Origin: Larus michahellis
Taxonomy: Eukaryota
DNA length: 64,000 nt
Direction of reading: 5' to 3'
Assembly: GCF_964199755.1 (NCBI RefSeq)
Contig: NC_133896.1
Coordinates: 203,271,471 to 203,335,470 of the forward strand
Position numbers and translations under genes: made by a program. Below the pieces are notes generated by a model, which did not search any database, was not told where the DNA came from, and was given only the letters and a program-made list of their open reading frames with translations. Numbering within the stretch: position 1 is the stretch's first letter; each line of letters opens with the position of its first letter. Below are positions 63,360-64,000 of this stretch, piece after piece.

Positions 63360-64000
63360 GTATGTGTGTGCCTCTGAAAATGCAGAATTGTTTGAAAAAT
63401 GAGGAAGACAAGTATATTACTGTTTAGTCATTTATAGAAAGATAACTTGTTGCGTGGTGGGTTTTTTTCCCTTTGTAGTTATTGAACGTAATTTTCTACT
63501 ACTTAATGTGAAGATTTTATCAAGTGTTGATTTACTTGATTCGTTGGTTGATTTACTGACAGTTTACAGGTCTCAATGTTCCTGTTGATGTTCATGTGAG
63601 TCTTGTTAAAAGCAGCATGAGGAAAAACTAAAGTCTTCCTCTCTGAATGAAATGCTTGTCTGTTTTAGGAAAAAAATATAATCTTTACTGCTAAAACTTA
63701 TATATGCCAAAGACTAGGAAACTAGCAAATTATGACAAATATTGGATTGCTGAATTGTTTGGGCTGAACTGTACCCACATTTTCATGTGGCAAATGGAAA
63801 ATAACAATCTATCCAGGGATTTATAATACATAATTGGATGTGCATTTATAAAGAAAGTTGAAATTCAAATAAGAATTAATTTGGGAAAATCTTAGGACTA
63901 TTTTATGTGGGAATTCAGACTACATTACCATGAAGCTCCCTTCTGGTTTTAATCTGACCTGAATGCTGCTTAAAGTATGAGCTGAAAACTGATTTATTGT

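Larger units (their letters stand above)
58100..64000 (+). other. CENPJ: CENPJ (CPAP) gene, 5' portion. A non-coding exon 1 in the CpG island is not delimited. Coding exons 2-4 are given below. The gene continues beyond the window.
   Basis: See exon features. Peptides match human CENPJ residues of about 1-250 (recalled). Confidence 0.8.

Overview
This window is vertebrate nuclear DNA, almost certainly avian and most likely a galliform (chicken-like) locus. The evidence is several CR1 LINE 3' ends, ERV-type LTRs, CpG islands and GT-AG introns; there are no prokaryotic features. Three protein-coding genes can be recognised from conserved peptides.

1. MPHOSPH8 (MPP8): first coding exon at 2382..2621 on the minus strand, gene continuing leftwards out of the window.
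2. PARP4 (vault PARP): nearly complete on the minus strand. A non-coding exon 1 sits in the CpG island near 57.7 kb and the stop codon and polyA signal near 6.5/6.3 kb. I hand-mapped 29 coding exons with consistent splice phases.
3. CENPJ (CPAP): 5' end on the plus strand. It starts from the same CpG island (57.6-58.7 kb) and continues past the window end.

PARP4 and CENPJ are head-to-head on a bidirectional promoter that carries two inverted ACTACA-N-CCCA (ZNF143/THAP11-type) motifs. The most unusual structure is a near-perfect 45-bp coding minisatellite of about 24 copies (12955..14015) inside a 1755-bp PARP4 exon. It encodes (SSGFGSSAP[C/R]AAPMQ)n. It lies in the distal copy of a local tandem duplication (copy B 12040..14700, copy A 11290..12035); copy A has lost the exon. 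Other features are two copies of one LTR family with an adjacent CR1 carrying reverse-transcriptase remnants, a CpG-rich LTR-like element between PARP4 and MPHOSPH8, and promoter microsatellites.

All coordinates were derived by hand and should be taken as +/-2 bp. One small exon between PARP4 exons 9 and 10 and several C-terminal exons in the 6.7-12.6 kb interval could not be resolved.
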